A stretch of 64,000 nt of DNA from Candidatus Eiseniibacteriota bacterium (GTDB lineage: Bacteria; Eisenbacteria; RBG-16-71-46; CAIMUX01; VGJL01), in assembly GCA_041946735.1 (NCBI GenBank), contig JBHGAY010000008.1, positions 64,001 to 128,000 of the forward strand, written 5' to 3'. The notes under the pieces are model-generated. The model had not been told where the DNA came from and searched no databases. It saw only the letters and a program-made list of their open reading frames with translations. A program made the translations under genes and the position numbers. Shown piece after piece: positions 62,721-64,000 of the stretch; position 1 is the stretch's first letter; every line of letters begins with the position of its first letter.

Positions 62721-63332
62721 TCAGCTCCGCTGCTGCCCGTCCGCATGCCCGGCTCCCGAACGCGCTCTCCACTCCGATTGAAGGATGGCGAAGACCAGGT
62801 CGCCGGCCCAGGCTCCCTTGAACCAGAGGCTCTCCTGGAAGTGCGCCTCCTGTCGCATACCGAGACGACGGAGCAAGGCGATCGAGGGGGAGTTGCGCGG
62901 ATCGACCGAAGCGTAGACGCGATGTTTGTTCATCGGGCCGAAGAGATGGTCGAGCAACGCGGTGACCGCCTCGGTCGCAAAGCCCCGGCGCTGATACGCC
63001 GGCGAGATGGTGAACCCGATCTCGACCTGGCATCGCTGGTCGGCCGGAAAGTGGACGCCGATGTCGCCGACGAGCGTTCCGGGACGAGCTGCCTCGAGAG
63101 GGCGGATCGCGATCTGAAACCAGGTTCCGGGCGTCGCGAACTCGACGACTGCGAGATCGCCGAGAAACGCGACGACCTCGTCGAGCGAAGCAGGCTCCCA
63201 CGACTGGTAGCGGCATACCTCCGGGTCCGACCTGTACGCGAAGAGCGCGGGGGCGTCCTCGGCGTGGAACGAATCCAGGATCAATCGCCGGGTGCGAATG
63301 ACCTGCGAGGGGAAGGCTCGGAAAGCGGCCAT
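62721..63332 (-). CDS. GNAT acetyltransferase, RimJ/RimL family
   Basis: TRRLIL, EIGFTISP.YQRRGFATEA, N..S..LLRRLGM. Confidence 0.88.
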   Translation of the reverse strand: MAAFRAFPSQVIRTRRLILDSFHAEDAPALFAYRSDPEVCRYQSWEPASLDEVVAFLGDLAVVEFATPGTWFQIAIRPLEAARPGTLVGDIGVHFPADQRCQVEIGFTISPAYQRRGFATEAVTALLDHLFGPMNKHRVYASVDPRNSPSIALLRRLGMRQEAHFQESLWFKGAWAGDLVFAILQSEWRARSGAGHADGQQRS

Positions 63333-63577
63333 CGTGCTCCTCTAGGCGGCCATCATGCTCTCCTCACGCTCCGGGCCTCGAAGCCGAGAGGCGAACTGAC
63401 AGGTGCCGTGCGATGGGGATGATACAGCCTCTCCCGAGTCGCGGCCGCGCGCCGGCGCAGGTTGCAGAAGGGCCGCGCCGGTCGAATGCCGTGCGCGGCT
63501 CCCCTGTTGGAGGCTCCGGGGGTCGTCCGGCGCTCCTGAATCGGGCTCGGTGCGAGATCCGGCCTCTTCCGATCCGG

Positions 63578-64000
63578 TCAGGGATCGACCTTCACGATCC
63601 TCGCGGTCGCCGTCTGGCCGGCCGTCGTCAGCCGGCAGAAGTAGACGCCGGCCGGCACGGACCGGCCTTCCTCGTCCTTGCCGTCCCAAACGAGCGAGTG
63701 ATCGCCCGCCCGCTGGGACCGCATCGTCAACGTTTGAATCATCCGGCCGCCCACGTCGTGAATCGCGAGCTCGACGGGCGTCTCGTCCACGACCCGGTAG
63801 CGGATCACCGCCGAGGTGGAGATCGGATTCGGCTGGACGAGGACACGGGCCGCCAGCTCGCTGACGGGGGTCCCATCGTCCACGCCAGTCGGGTAGAGCC
63901 CATGCGGACCCGGTCCCCAAGGAGTGACGCCGTGGCAGACGGAGCAGGTGCGTAGCGTCCCGGCGTGGCCCTGCAACGCAACCGTCTGGCGGTTGTCACG
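63578..64000 (-). CDS. C-terminal part of a c-type cytochrome with FlgD-Ig C-terminal domain (5'-truncated by window edge)
   Basis: Frame open to 64000: RDNRQTVALQGHAGTLRT-CSVCH...PNP...WDGKDEEGRSVPAGVYF. Confidence 0.8.
   Translation of the reverse strand, partial: RDNRQTVALQGHAGTLRTCSVCHGVTPWGPGPHGLYPTGVDDGTPVSELAARVLVQPNPISTSAVIRYRVVDETPVELAIHDVGGRMIQTLTMRSQRAGDHSLVWDGKDEEGRSVPAGVYFCRLTTAGQTATARIVKVDP

Overview
High-GC bacterial window of housekeeping and accessory genes; I found no CRISPR array, rRNA, tRNA or mobile element. Many secreted proteins end in a FlgD-Ig/T9SS-like C-terminal domain and one ends in TWGEIKAIYR, which suggests an FCB-related candidate phylum such as Eisenbacteria, Latescibacterota or Krumholzibacteriota (inference). 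Contents: RND permease (partial), large class-A-like PBP, M43 metalloprotease, acs, FAD oxidoreductase, Nfu-type Fe-S carrier, gluconokinase, msrPQ, a complete F1Fo ATP synthase operon, LemA/DUF2207, a surface-polysaccharide cluster and a sigma54-controlled cytochrome c/4Fe-4S/NrfD respiratory module. Highlights: (1) atpI and atpB form one 505-aa ORF joined by an internal signal-peptide-like segment with an AxA|Q site, a candidate self-processing polyprotein. (2) A selenocysteine peroxiredoxin that the ORF track misses (in-frame UGA at the peroxidatic site plus a SECIS-like hairpin). (3) A tetraheme cytochrome/ferredoxin/NrfD module with no catalytic subunit, opposite a kinase with a two-heme sensor domain; the intergenic DNA has a sigma54 promoter, tandem enhancer palindromes and a Rex-like box. 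(4) A cytochrome c fused to the C-terminal sorting-type domain. (5) Many unrelated short tandem repeats in linkers and intergenic DNA.
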